From NCBI GenBank assembly GCA_030390025.1, contig CM059432.1:59398001-59462000 (forward strand): a stretch of DNA of 64,000 nucleotides, read 5' to 3'. A program made the translations under genes and the position numbers. Of this stretch, positions 51,251 through 63,599 are shown one piece after another (the stretch's first letter is position 1; the number at the start of each line of letters is the position of its first letter). The notes below the pieces were generated by a model, which saw nothing but the letters and a program-made list of their open reading frames with translations, had not been told where the DNA came from and did not search any database. This stretch comes from Squalus acanthias (lineage: Eukaryota).

Positions 51251-53290
51251 TGAGGAGTTGTAAATGGTGCTGAACACTGTGCAGTCATCAGCAAACATCC
51301 CCATTTCTGACCTTATGTTGGAGGGAAGGTCATTGATGAAGCAGCTGAAGATGGTTGGGCCTAGGACACTGCCCTGAGGAACTCCTGCAGTGATGTCCTG
51401 GGGCTGTGATGATTGACCTTTAACCACCACAACCATTTTTTTTGTGCTAGGTATGACTCCAGCCAGTGGAGAGTTTTCCCCGATTCCCATTGACTTCAGT
51501 TTTACTAGGGCTCCTTGATGCCACACTCGGTCAAATGCTGCCTTGATGTCAAGGGCAGTCACTCTCGCCTCACCTCTGGAATTCAGCTCCTTTGTCCATG
51601 TTAGGACCAAAGCTGTAACGAGGTCGGGAGCTGAGTGGTCTTGGCAGAACCCAAACTGGGCATGAGTGAGCAGGTTATTGGTGAGTAAGTGCCGCTTGAC
51701 AGCACTGTCGATGACACCTTCCATCACTTTGCTGATGATTGAGAGTAGACTGATGGGGCAGTAATTGGACGGATTGGATTTGTGGACAGGACATATCAGG
51801 GCAGTTTTCCACATTGTCGGATAGATGCCAGTGTTGTAGCTGTACTGGAACAGCTTGGCTAGAGGTGCGGCTAGTTCTGGAGTACAAGTCTTCAGCACGA
51901 CAGCCGGGATGTTGTCGGGCCCCATAGCCTTTGCTGTATCCAGTGCGCTCAGCCGTTTCATGATATCACGTGGAGTGAATTGAATTGGCTGAAGACTGGC
52001 ATCTGTGATGGTGGGCACCTCAGGAGTAGGCCGAGATGGATCATCCACTTGGCACTTCTGGCTGAAGATGGTTGCAAATGCTTCAGCCTTGTCTTTTGCA
52101 CTCGCGTGCTGGGCTCCACCATCATTGAGGATGGGGATATTCATGGAGCCTCCTCCTCCCGTTAGTTGTTTAATGGTCCACCGCCATTCACGACTGGATG
52201 TGGCAGGACTGTAGAGCTTTGATCTGATCTGTTGATTGTGGGATCGCTTAGCCCCATCTATAGCATGCTGCTTCCACTTTTTTGCATGCATGTAGTCCTG
52301 TGTTGCAGCTTCCCCAGGTTGGCACCTGCATTTTTAGGTACGCCTGGTGCTGCTCCTGGCATGCTCTTCTACACTCCTTATTGAACCAGGATTGGTCCCC
52401 TGGCTTGATGGTAATGGTAGAGTGAGGGACATGCCGGGCCATGAGGTTACAGATTGTGGTGGAATACAATTCTGCTGCTGCTGATGGCCTGCAGCGCCTC
52501 ATGGATGCCCAGTTTTGAGCTGCTAGGTCTGTTCTGAATCTATCCCATTTAGCACGGTGGTAGTACCACACAACACGATGGAGGGTGTCCTCAGTCTGAA
52601 GACGGGACTTCATCTCCACAATGATTGTGCGGTGGTCACTGCTACCAATACTGTCATGGACAGATGCATCTGCGACAGGTAGATTGGTGATGACGAGGTC
52701 AAGTAGGTTTTTCCCTCATGTTGGTTCCCTCACCACCTGTTGCAGGCCCAGACTGGCAGCTATGTCCTTCAGGACTTGGCCAGCTCGGTCAGTAGTGGTG
52801 CTACCGAGCCACTCTTGGTGATAGACATTGAAGTCCCCCACCCAGAGTACATTCTGTGCCCTTGCTACTCTCAGTGCTTCTTCCAAGTGGTGTTCAACAT
52901 GGCGGTGTACTGATTCATCAGCTGAGGAAGGGCAGTAGGTGGTAATCAGCAGGAGGTTTCCTTTGCCCATGCTTGGCCTGAAGCCTTGAGACTTCATGGG
53001 GTCCAGAGTCAATGTTGAGGACTCCCAGGGCCACTCCTTCCTGACTGTATACCACTGTGCCGCCACCCTTGGTGTGTCTGTCCTGCCAGTGGGACAGGAC
53101 ATACCCAGGGATGGTGATGGAGGAATTTGGGACATTGGCTGAAAGGTATAATTCTGTGAGTATGACTATGTCAGGCTGTTGTTTGACTAGTCTGTGGGAC
53201 AGCTCTCCTAATTTTGGCACAAGTCCCCAGATGTTGGTGAGGAGTACTTTGCAGGGTCAACTGAGCTAGGTGTGCTGTTGCCGTTTTATT
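51250..53290 (-). mobile_element. Second copy of the same LINE family: APE + RT part of ORF2
   Basis: PDIVILTE, VGDFNV, KAMGPDNIP, PISLLS, LDIKAAFD, GVPQGSVLGP, FADD. Confidence 0.88.
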
Positions 53291-53822
53291 GGCAGAAGAT
53301 TTGATGCATGAATCCAAGTCAGCTCAATAGTGATATATACAGCCAAATTGCAAAGTTAGGTTAGAAAATTTGCGTTAAAAATAGTTGGGAATTTGCTCCA
53401 GTTCATTTACAACAGCAGCTTGTGATTGAGAGTATAAAAAACAGTAATTAAAAACAAAATCAAAAATGTTGAAAAATACAGCTGAATACTGTTTTTGTAT
53501 ATCTATTTTTAAACCACAAAAGCTTTCAAGTTTAAATAGGATATAGAGTACTGACAAACCTGGCCTGATACATAAGGAAATGGATGAATTCCAAATCGCA
53601 ACAAAACAGATACCCCAAATGGCTGATCCAAGGATTCCAGTCAGGCCAATGAGGAAAATAAGGGTGTTGAGCATCAAAATTTCTCATTACCTAATAGCTC
53701 CCATTCCTGATTGCCATCTTGTGACCCTCCTACTGCAAAGTGCATGTGTATGGACATGGGTTAAGAACAGGATTGGGCTTGGCTTTCATGCCCTCTGTAT
53801 TTAAATACCTTGCAGACACTTA

Positions 53823-54165
53823 GGGCTGGATTTTGTCTTGGGGTCGGGTTGGGGTCGTGTAATCCGCATTTCGTGTTTCCACCCCCCCCGACTCCAGATT
53901 AATGTGGATGCCTGATGCAATTTTCACTTAATTGGGCAATTGAGTTGCAGCATGTGGGAACCCATGAACTAATTAGTGGTTTCAGTCTGAAAGCCGCCTC
54001 TGATGATGTCATCATTGCTGACTGGCTAGTCTCAGAGACTGTTAGTGAGAGAGGACCTGCCTGGCTTTTGATGTGGGTGGACCTGGATGCAAAAATGGGG
54101 GGGGGTAGGAGGGAGAGAGGGAGAGAGGGAGAGAGGGAGACAGAGAGACAGAGAGACAGAGAGAC

Positions 54166-54196
<31 letters not shown>

Positions 54197-54679
54197 CAGA
54201 GAGAGACAGAGAGAGAGAGAGAGAGAATTTTTTTGCCAAGCAAGTCCTCCCAGGCAGTCTCTGAAGACATTCAATGCAGCACCATCAGAGGCGACGTTCA
54301 CACCTAATACTACTACTACTACCTTCATCACATCTCCGTTGTAACAGTGGGCCTGCAGCCGATAGTCAGCTATCCACTTGTGCTCCCGCCAGGTTTCACT
54401 GGAGTGTTTCACACCAGGCGTGCTTCACGTCAGAACAGGGTTAAACTAGCTACAGCGTTTCAAAATGGCATTACAGAGCCAATTTAGAGCTTGTTAAGGG
54501 CTTTAATGGCCTCTCCCGCCTCTTGAAGGCGGGACGGAGTCGGGAACCCCGCGACTGATTATGTCAAAATTGCGTGGAGGCGGGATGGAGTCGGGATGGG
54601 GTCGGCAACCCCGACCCCGCAAATTTAACCCCCCACACACCTCCAAACCCGACTCCATGGGTCATTCAAAATCCAGCCC
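53823..54679. mobile_element. Tourist/Harbinger-type MITE with perfect 13-bp TIR GGGCTGGATTTTG and TSD TTA, inserted in a SINE
   Basis: tta|gggctggattttg ... caaaatccagccc|tta. Confidence 0.9.
54110..54225 (+). repeat. (GA)n/(GACA)n microsatellite inside the MITE
   Basis: Direct observation. Confidence 0.95.
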
Positions 54680-56495
54680 TTAATATCTACTCACACATGA
54701 CGAATGACACTTAGGTCAAGACACCAATAGTACTGAATCGCCAACATGAGTCACTGCCTTCCGAGGAGAATAGAAAATTGGATTAAAAAAATTGGGATAA
54801 AAAAAATCATGATTGCATCCTTTTGGTTAATGCATGATGACAAACAAATATCAAGGCAGCTAAAAGCAGTTTATCATCAGTGGAACAGAACAGAATGATT
54901 CATTGTATGTTGTACCAGAGGTATGCATAACTATTGCAAATTTCTTAATCCAAGCATCAATATAATTAACAAGAAACTACAGTGATGCATGATTTAAAGG
55001 ATGCCTTCTGGTAACAGCCGAAATAAAATATTTCCATTAAAGATAACAAGGGTTTGAACTTGCATAACAAAGCAAGCAGTCCTGATTCTAAACACCACCA
55101 GTAATTGTCTGGAATGTATAATCCAAAAGTTTTTTTTATGGACAAAAAAAGGACATTAGGCCAGAACTTGCAACACTGGGTATCAAATTTTCAATGACAA
55201 GGCAGCTGGACACTTGGAAGCGTCAATAGTATAAACATGGTTAAGGGCAGCAAGCTGCATCTCTCACATGGTTAGCAGGGGAAAGCCTGACTACACTTTA
55301 ATCAAAATTAATTCGAATGTAGCTGTTCTATAATCTATTCTTGCCTCCAAGTTGAATATGAGAAGTTGTTTCCCCAAGTCTTAGCAGTGCTTGCAATGCA
55401 ATGTCACTTGAGCTACAGTCCACATTGGATTAGAGTTCATGTTAGCTACTTGACTGCAGTCTTAAGATGAGGCTGCCTTCCAATTAAAACACAGATGAAT
55501 ATAGCTCTAATAACCCCAGTAAACTGTAGGCTTACTCAATCTGCCCTGTAAACTGCACATCAAAACCAACCACATTAATACAACAGTAACACAAAACTAA
55601 AACAGCACAAAGAACGGTAATAGACATACTGCTCCAAAGGATTAAGGAAGATTACAGCTTCCAGTTCCAATATTCGATGAGGTGAATTTTCACTGCTATA
55701 TGGGAAATGGGCGGTAGTGGTTCAGCCACCTGTTTTACACACCGCCCGGTTTTTGTTTCCATCGTGGAAATCGGTTTGTCTCCAACTCTCTAAGAACCCA
55801 TCACACTGACCGGTTTCATTCTAGCAATGCATGTGTATCTTTCCCAAAAATAAAGATCAATTACCTACCTGATAAAAGTTTTCTTCATGCTTCAAATGAT
55901 TTGTACAAGCCACAAACTGTAGAAGTTTAATTTGATATGTTTTAGAGAAACCACACGCTGAGCACACACATAAAAATATTGTCATGACATTGCATATGGA
56001 CAGTGCTGCACATAGCCTTCTACTCCAGTGCTGTCTGCTCGCTTGCACCATTGTGGCAGCTTGTTTTGTTACTGAAACAAAATTAATTAGCCGCTAAAAA
56101 ATAAGCTACCTTTCCCAAAACTATACTCCTGCATGATCTGCAAGGAGGTTTGGGTAGAATCTTGGATTCAAATCTGTGGCTGATTCCGTGTTAAGCAAGC
56201 GTTATGAACAGGGCACTTGGAAATTACTTGGCCAGTAAGTGGCAATCAATAAGATACTTGGATAAAAATGACTTTAGTTTCTCTTTGAAGCTTAGTTCTG
56301 ACAAACAAAGATTTAGCTGGTCCCTTACTATTATACTCAGTTATAAATCCAACTAGCTAACAGAACGATATATATCTAAATAAACTAAATTTGCTTTTTT
56401 GTAATTGATGCAGGTGTAATTGATGCAGGATGACCTGAGTCAATAAGAAACATCATCATCATGGCCAGACAGTTCTAGTAATGGATGCCTTTCTG

Positions 56496-56501
56496 TTTAT
56501 T
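56496..56501 (-). terminator. Candidate polyadenylation signal AATAAA of DNAAF11
   Basis: tttatt on + equals AATAAA on -, about 125 nt after the stop codon. Confidence 0.55.
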
Positions 56502-56625
56502 ACTGCTTAATCACTATACAGTTTCTCTAATTTAAGGTTAAATTTACAGATTAATTAACTAAGTAGAAGAATTTCACTATATCAGATGTCCAGATAATCG
56601 GTGCTGATTCATATCTAGTCTTAAT

Positions 56626-56809
56626 CTAGAGCAATGGTGGAACCTCAGGGTTATCCTGGAAGTCATCACTGTTCCTTTCTGGTACCTTCTGTTGATGAAA
56701 TTGGAGGGGACCTTGAGCAACTGATTTCCTCTCCGTCGCTATATTGGTCAAGTCAACACATAAATGTTTGCTTGGATCCACTTCTAACTTCTCAATATGT
56801 CGAGTTGCT
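56626..56809 (-). CDS. DNAAF11: Last coding exon of dynein axonemal assembly factor 11 (LRRC6)
   Basis: Acceptor ttactccacag at 56820-56810, then ATRHIEKLEVDPSKHLCVDLTNI...DDFQDNPEVPPLL-stop. This matches the LRRC6 C-terminal motifs EKLEVDPSKH and F.DNPEVPPL as I recall them. It is syntenic with KCNQ3. Confidence 0.9.
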
Positions 56810-57587
56810 CTGTGGAGTAATATGACAAGACATTCGGTAAGATTATTGCACTGTTTAAATCTCTCCACCAGTCCACTGAGTTTACACATTTACTGCTGGA
56901 CTGCGCCAAGCTCTTTCATTGGTAATCATGTTATCCTTTGGTCACATTACAGCTGCAAATGAATTTAAAGCTTTGGCACACTCACATCTTCAAACATCTC
57001 ACACATAAAAGCACTATAACAGATTAGCTACAAGATCCAAGGTCACTCAGGATGGGCTGCAGATCAAGCACGTCATTCGCTGTGCATCTGCTCCTTCAAC
57101 TTACAATATGTAAAGTACTCTGCTTGCATGACAACAGTGCACGTATTATATGGAATCAGACCTGAACTGGCGGAGGAATCAGAAACTATTATCCATTGAC
57201 TCCTTTTCAGAAGGCCACTCTGAAAACCCTGCCTGAGCATTGAAAAGAGGAAAAAGTCATAAGACTTCTCCAAAACAATGGGCTAGTGCCCATCCAGGTC
57301 TTAATTCCTGCCCACCTTCTCTCTCACTCCCATACATGCAAACAAATAGCACATACTTACTATCTTGTAATGTAAGGTGTTATGGTGCTGGTTGGGAACA
57401 GCATTGTAGTACAGTATTTATAATTTTTTCTGACCTTGTAAGCCTGTAACAGCAGCCTGTCAACAGTGCCAGTGAGTCAGGACAACAGTCCATCACAGAA
57501 CCTTGCATCCCTCTCACTAACGTTTGTAAGCACCAGCATATAAACTTACATCCTGGAGGTTGTAGTTTGTGAACCTGAGGTAATACT

Positions 57588-60500
57588 GGCTGCAAAATTT
57601 GGCTCCGTACCGCCCGTTGTTTGGACGCTACGTGTGCCGTTTAGGTTTCAAAACAAAGTCCGCGGCACGTGCTCACATTTCTCGTGTGAGCCGCGCCGGA
57701 TGCCATCTTGGTGAGGGCGTTAGCACATGCGCAGGGAGCGTCCACTGTAAGTATGCAGCTCGTGACGTTAATCAGTGTGTAACACTGATTTGACGCCAGT
57801 ACTGCCATTTTTTAGCTCAACGCTGGAGCTAACGCCCTTTCTTAAGCATGCATAGCTCAGCACGCGTTCAGCAGCAGGAAGGACCCCCCACCAGTGCTAG
57901 TTAAAGGGATCATCAACTACTTACAGGAGATTTGCTGATTGATTTCTACTGGCTGTTGCTGTGATTGTGGAAGTGTTTGGTGATTTCTAGAGTTCTTTAA
58001 AGTTGCTAAAGTCTCAGGGAGTGGTGTGGCAGGTGCTGAAGGACTTTTTCCTGCCTTCAAGGATTCTGCAAAAACCACTTGCTCCCAGACATGTGCAGTA
58101 GTAGGCATTCCCCTTGGACTATAGCATGACAAGGAGAATGAGCAGAGATGACACAGAGCAGGACAAGCTGTTGGCAGTGGGAGGAGAAATAGGGGGAAAA
58201 GGGCTCTCAGCAGGAGGCCATATCCACCCAGGGTGCTCAGGGAGCCATTCACCTACCTGAACCTCAGCGAGGGAAAGTGCGTCAGAAGTCTGTGCTTCAG
58301 TAAGGACGTCTTCACTGAAATCTGCCACCTGCTGCAGCCACAACTGCAACCTCAGAGCAGGGCGAGGACCGCATTGTCAGTGGCTGTGAAGGTGACTGTG
58401 GCTGTGAACTTTTATTACATAGGATTACATAGGATATACGGCACAGAAACAGGCCATTCGGCCCAACCAGTCCATGCCGGTGTTATGCTCCACTCGAGCC
58501 TCCTCCTGTCTTTCCTCATCTAAATCTATCAGCATAACCCTCTATTTCCTTCTCCCTTATATGCTTGTCTAGCCTCCCCTTAAATGCATCTATACTGTTC
58601 GCTTCAACCACTCCCTGTGGTAGCGAGTTCCACATTCTCACCACTCCCTGGGTAAAAAAGTTTCTTCTGAATTCCCTATTGGATTTCTTGGTGACTATCT
58701 TATATTGATGGCCTCTTGTTATGCTCTTCCCCACAAGTGGAAACATTCTCTCTGTATCCACTCTCTCAAAATCTTTAATAATTTTAAAGACCTCTTTTAG
58801 GTCACGTTTCAGCCTTCTTTTTTCAAGAGAAAAGAGACCAGCCTGCTCATCCTTACCTGATATGTATACCCTCGCATTTCTGGTATCATCCTTGTAAATC
58901 TTCTCTGAACCCTCTCCAGTGCCTCTATATCCTTTTTATAATATGGCAACCAGAACTGTACGCAGTGCTCTAAGTGTGATCTAACGAAGGTTCGATACAG
59001 GTTTAGCATAACTTCTCTACTTTTCAATTCAATCCCTCTAGAAATAAACCCAAGTGCTTGGTTTGCTTTTTTTATGGCCTTGCTAACCTGTGTCACAACT
59101 TTTAGTGATTTGTGTATTTGTACTCTGAGATCCCTTTGTTCCTCTTCCCCACCTAGACTCGCACCCTCCAAGTAATAAGTGACCCTTTTCTTCCGACCAA
59201 AATGTAATACCTCACATTTATCTGTGTTGAACTTCATTTGCCAATTATATGCCCATTCTGCAAGTTTATTAATGTCCTCCTGTAATTTGTTGCAGTCCTC
59301 CTCAGTATTGACTATACCCCCCAATTTGGTGTCATCCGCAAATTTAGAAATTGTGTTTTTGATTCCAAAGTCTAAATCGTTAATGTAAATTGTGAACAAC
59401 AGTGGTCCCAGCACTGATCCTTGTGGAACACCACTACCCACCTTCTGCCACTCTGAATAGCTGCCTTTTACTCCTACTCTCTGCTTTCTGTCTTGAAGCC
59501 AGCTAGCTATCTATTCTACTACTTGTCCCCTGACTCTGCATTCTCTGACCTTGTTCCCAAGTCTATTATGGGGTACCTTATCGAAGGCCTTTTGAAAATC
59601 TAGATAAATTACATTTTATGCGTCAGGCTCCTTCTAGGCTGGAGCAGGAGATATTTGCAATATCTCCCAGTTTACTGTCCACGGTTGCATAAGGGAGATC
59701 ACTGAGACTATTCCAAAAGAGCTGAATACATTTCCTACTCTCTTGCCAGAGAGCAGCAGGCAGAGCGAGCACGTGGCTTCATGAGGATTGCAGGCTTCCC
59801 CATGTTGCAGGGTGCCATTGACTGCATGCAGGTCGTTTTGCGGGCCGCTGTGACATCTGCATTTAAGCCACCACGACAAACCGAAGGGTGACTACTGTGC
59901 GACAAGGGCTATCCTTTGATGACATGATTCGTGACTCCAGTGCGCAACTCACGCACACGTGTGTAGCATGTATACAATGGAAGCCATGCTGCCACACGAA
60001 ATGTGGTAGAGCACACCACTGGCGTGCTAAAACAACACTTCCACTGCCTGGACTACTCTCGGCAGAGCACGTGTCAAGATTCGTGCTGGTCCGCTGCATG
60101 CTGCACAACCTTGCCACATGAGGGCACAGTTAGTGACCATCACAGCATCCGCTTGGCCACAATGCAAAAATAAAAGCCAACACAAAATAAACATTTAAAA
60201 CCAAATTTATAAATCAAAGCATGCCATATTGCATACAAACATCAACTAATCACCCTTGTTCATTCCCTTAGTGCCCGTCTTCAGTGTGCCTTTGCCTGTC
60301 CTGGCGCTCCTACGCAGTGCTACCCCAGTGGCTGCAGCATGGCTGGTGGAAGGCTGCTGATTTTCAGTGGGGGAGACTGCAGATGGCTTTGCAGGAAGAT
60401 CTCGAGCAGCTCTGGGCCTAGAAGGCCCGGCTTCGGACTGCACCATCTTGGCATGGGTGGCAGCAGTCTGGGCTGGCTGGCTGACAGGCAATAGCAAGAG

Positions 60501-61800
60501 CACTGGCGGAGTGACAGGGGTGGAAGGAGGTGCTGTCATCCTGAGAAAGGATAGCAGATTCGTGCTCCACGGAGCCACTGTCACTACCCTGAGGTGGCAC
60601 CTTAGCAATCCTAGTAATCTGTTGGAGGAGAGATTGCTGGACTGCTGTGACACCCTGCAAGCCCCTTTGAACACTGGTATTTGCTGCCACGGCAGCATGC
60701 TGAACTTGCATGAGAGCAGTCTGAGCTTGCATGGCAGCAAGCTGACCTTGCATGACAGAAGTCTGAGCTTCCACTGCAGCACTCAGACATTGGATGGCTT
60801 CTGCTGTGCTGCACTGGAACCTGAGACATCAAACGCTGCACCATTTTTGATTCTGCAGGTGTGCTAATGGAGTTGGCCACCACTTCTATGCTTGAAAGGA
60901 TGGGCTCCAAGCTCGGCGGAAAGCCCTGTGCCAAGTTGGTGCCTGACTCCTCCATGCTCCTGCCAATGCACCAAGCATTTCATTGTGCACACCCATCAAT
61001 GTTCTTCTGTCTGCCGCCCTATCGAAGTGCGCATCTGCGTCCTCTGCGGCAGAACTCGTGTACGACCTCACCCTCCAGCAAGCTGCCACCTGCACTACCT
61101 TTGCCCCCTGCTCTGGCTGCAGGCCACTTGTGCCCGGTGTCTCACCATGTGCAGACCCCACCTCTAAGCTATCCTCTAAATTACGCGCAGTGTCAGTATC
61201 TGACCTAGTGGCAGCGAGTGTGAAATCGAGTGACGGTGTTTCTTTTTCATCGCTGTCTTCCTGCTCTTCCACCTGTTGCGCTTCCACCATTGCCTGGCCA
61301 GGTTACAGTTCTTGGGTATCTGAAAGGAGAAAGGCACAAGGGTAGGGTTGTGGGGAGGCGAGGGGTGGGGGGGAACAAGAGGTGCATGCTTACAGCATCT
61401 GCACCTTGTAAATCAGAAGAGATTGTGGAATGAGGGGGATGTGGGATATGAGAGGATACCGTCATCTTCAATGGTTTCAGCCCTGCCGCTGGCCACAGCC
61501 TCAGCGATGGCCGCTTGAATGATGGCGACCACCATCTCCTCCATCGGGGTAAGGACGTGCAGCCATGCCTGTCCCGTCAGTTAGCTGCGGCTGTCTCCGG
61601 TTAAGCGTCAACTTGTTCTGCGAGAGGGAAGTGTGTCAGTGAGTATAGTGCAATCGGTTTGGGTGATGTGCCTGTCATGGTTGAACAGCTGGCAGTGTGT
61701 GCAAGCTGTGAGATGTGGGTGTGAGGCTTGCAGCAGTGTGTGAGGGTGAGGTGAAGCTATGAAAGTTAGGTGAGTCCTGATTGATAGATTGTTGGATGCT
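57588..61800 (+). mobile_element. Harbinger element in the DNAAF11 last intron (transposase on +, split by a CR1; Myb exons 2-3 on -)
   Basis: ggctgcaaaattt terminus; YLNLSEGKCVRSLCF, MLHNLA; Myb-gene last exon 61319-60246. Right end not found. Confidence 0.85.
58416..59613 (-). mobile_element. CR1 3' fragment nested in a Harbinger transposase, TSD TTTTAT
   Basis: GVPQGSVLGPLLF, FADDTKLGG; tacatagga repeated tail; ttttat at 58410-58415 and 59614-59619. The host ORF resumes exactly after the second copy. Confidence 0.92.
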
Positions 61801-62240
61801 CACAGCAGGGACTAGCCAGGAGTGCCAATGCTGATGCTGCTGTCTTTTAGGTTGGCAGCACTTCCACAGCACTCTGTGCCCCACCTCCCATGATTCCTCA
61901 AGCAGGGCTGGGCTGTCCCTGCTGCCCAGAAGCCAGCACTTGATGGCACCCTAAAATATTACTGGTTAAAATATTTGTATCAGAACAATAATTATGATAA
62001 TTTCAGAATGCAAGCATTGGTGGAAATCATTGTAAAGCTTGGGATTCTGAATCTTTTTACAGAATTGATCTAAAGGAAAGGTAATAAAAGTTACAGAGGT
62101 GTGAAGAAGAAACCAGATGGCCCCTGTTCACTGGTGAAGTTGTTGTAATAAATGAAACAGTATAGTTGCTCAGTGCTCAATTATTTATAAAGTTGTAGTC
62201 ATACAAAAAGGGGGCCCTTATCTCATGCTCAGTTATTTAT

Positions 62241-62588
62241 GAGCTCCGATTTTAACCTGGGATGAGAGGTGAGCAGTGGGCTTGCCCTGAATCGCTGGCA
62301 TGAGGTCTGGGCCATTTTAACTCCCGAGCCTGTGGGCGGGAGTGGGGTGAATATGGTAGGCAGTTAATTTTGCATCAGTATCCAAATTACATCATCGGAC
62401 CTCGACTTTTGAATATTTACAAAGCTCTTGTTTGCCTGCAGTGAAGGGCTCACGCTTTATCCCAAATTTGCCTGTAAAAATGGTGCAGGGTGTGAGTGTG
62501 GTGTCCTTCCTGAGGGAAAAACGCTGCCTCTATTTTAACCCCCTTGCACGCCCCGCTCTCGTCAGGCGTGGGGAATTAAATTCAGCCC
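62241..62588. mobile_element. Short decayed MITE, TSD TAT
   Basis: tat|gagctccgattttaac ... ttaaattcagccc|tat. Confidence 0.55.
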
Positions 62589-63599
62589 TATGGAGCTTAC
62601 AAAGACTTGCATGTTCAGGTACGGGCAAAGAGATCTGAATTGCTGTGAGATTCTACAATATTTACAGTATTGAAGGAATTATAATTTCTCAGAAGCAGTG
62701 GAAATGGAGTAATAACAGTTGTGATAAAGGGAGTCTATTGGATAAAGGAGAACACTTCATGGATAAGTTGATTTCAAAAGCCCCCTTGCAGCCGGCACTG
62801 AGGAGAACTCCGAGTGATAGTCCTCATGCTGAACTATTCCATGCTCCTCTGCCTCCAAAGCAGCTGGGGTCACCGCCCCTGGAATCTCCATGTCCAGAAC
62901 TTTTTGGATAGCAAAGTTGTGCAGGGCTCAGCAAGCTACAACAAAGCAGGATACACGCTTGGTATCAGAATGCAGAACCCTTCCTGATCTATTAAGGCAG
63001 CAAAAGTGCTGAAAAGTTAAGAACCCTATGGTTTTTTTCAATCACAACTCTAGTAGAGACATGTGCCTTCTTGTAGCAATCCTCAGTTGCTGTTCTTGCC
63101 ATTTTCAAAGGGTCATTATGCAAGGGATACACTTGGTTACCCACAAGCCATCTGATTATTTGACTAACTTCCTTGAAGAGCTTAAGGAGGGCAGAATTCC
63201 TGAGGATGAAACCATCAGGACAACTTCCACCAAATCTTCATGGATGTGAAGAATTCTTTGCATCTGGTCTTACATAATTCAATCTTGATATTTAGGTACT
63301 CGAACTCTTTTCTATTCATAACATTGAGGGGGTAAATTGTTTAATTCCTACATATCACTATGGTTTCAACTGTTCTGCTGTGGTGAGGCAGGGGAGTAGG
63401 TTTAATGGTGCAGTTATCCCCAAGTTGCTTTGCATACATCCAGTGGCTGGTGGAATTTTTTAAATAGAATCAAGATTGTTGTTTGCGACTGAAGAAGCTA
63501 CTTTCTCACTAAGGTTGGGAGCACATATTCAGCTGCCTCTGCTGCTTCCTCCCTTTCTCCATTCCAACCAAGCCAATCCTCATTCCAGGCTCCCCTGCT

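Noticed and set aside
51254..51274. REST/RE1-like site TTCAGCACCATTTACAACTCC (also left half-sites inside Harbingers)
   Set aside because: Lacks the GGACAG right half and lies in TE coding sequence. No convincing RE1 was seen near KCNQ3 exon 1.
53899..54412. Several 65-130 aa ORFs with ER/SL repeats
   Set aside because: Artefacts of the GA microsatellite inside a MITE.
57162..57232. Acceptor-like ttttcaatgctcag with a short exon candidate
   Set aside because: Poor donor (gtctga) and no recognisable protein similarity.
57361..57443. Possible 83-nt DNAAF11 penultimate exon (ttacag ... gtaagt on -)
   Set aside because: Weak pyrimidine tract, no resemblance to LRRC6, and splicing to the last exon would create a TAA.
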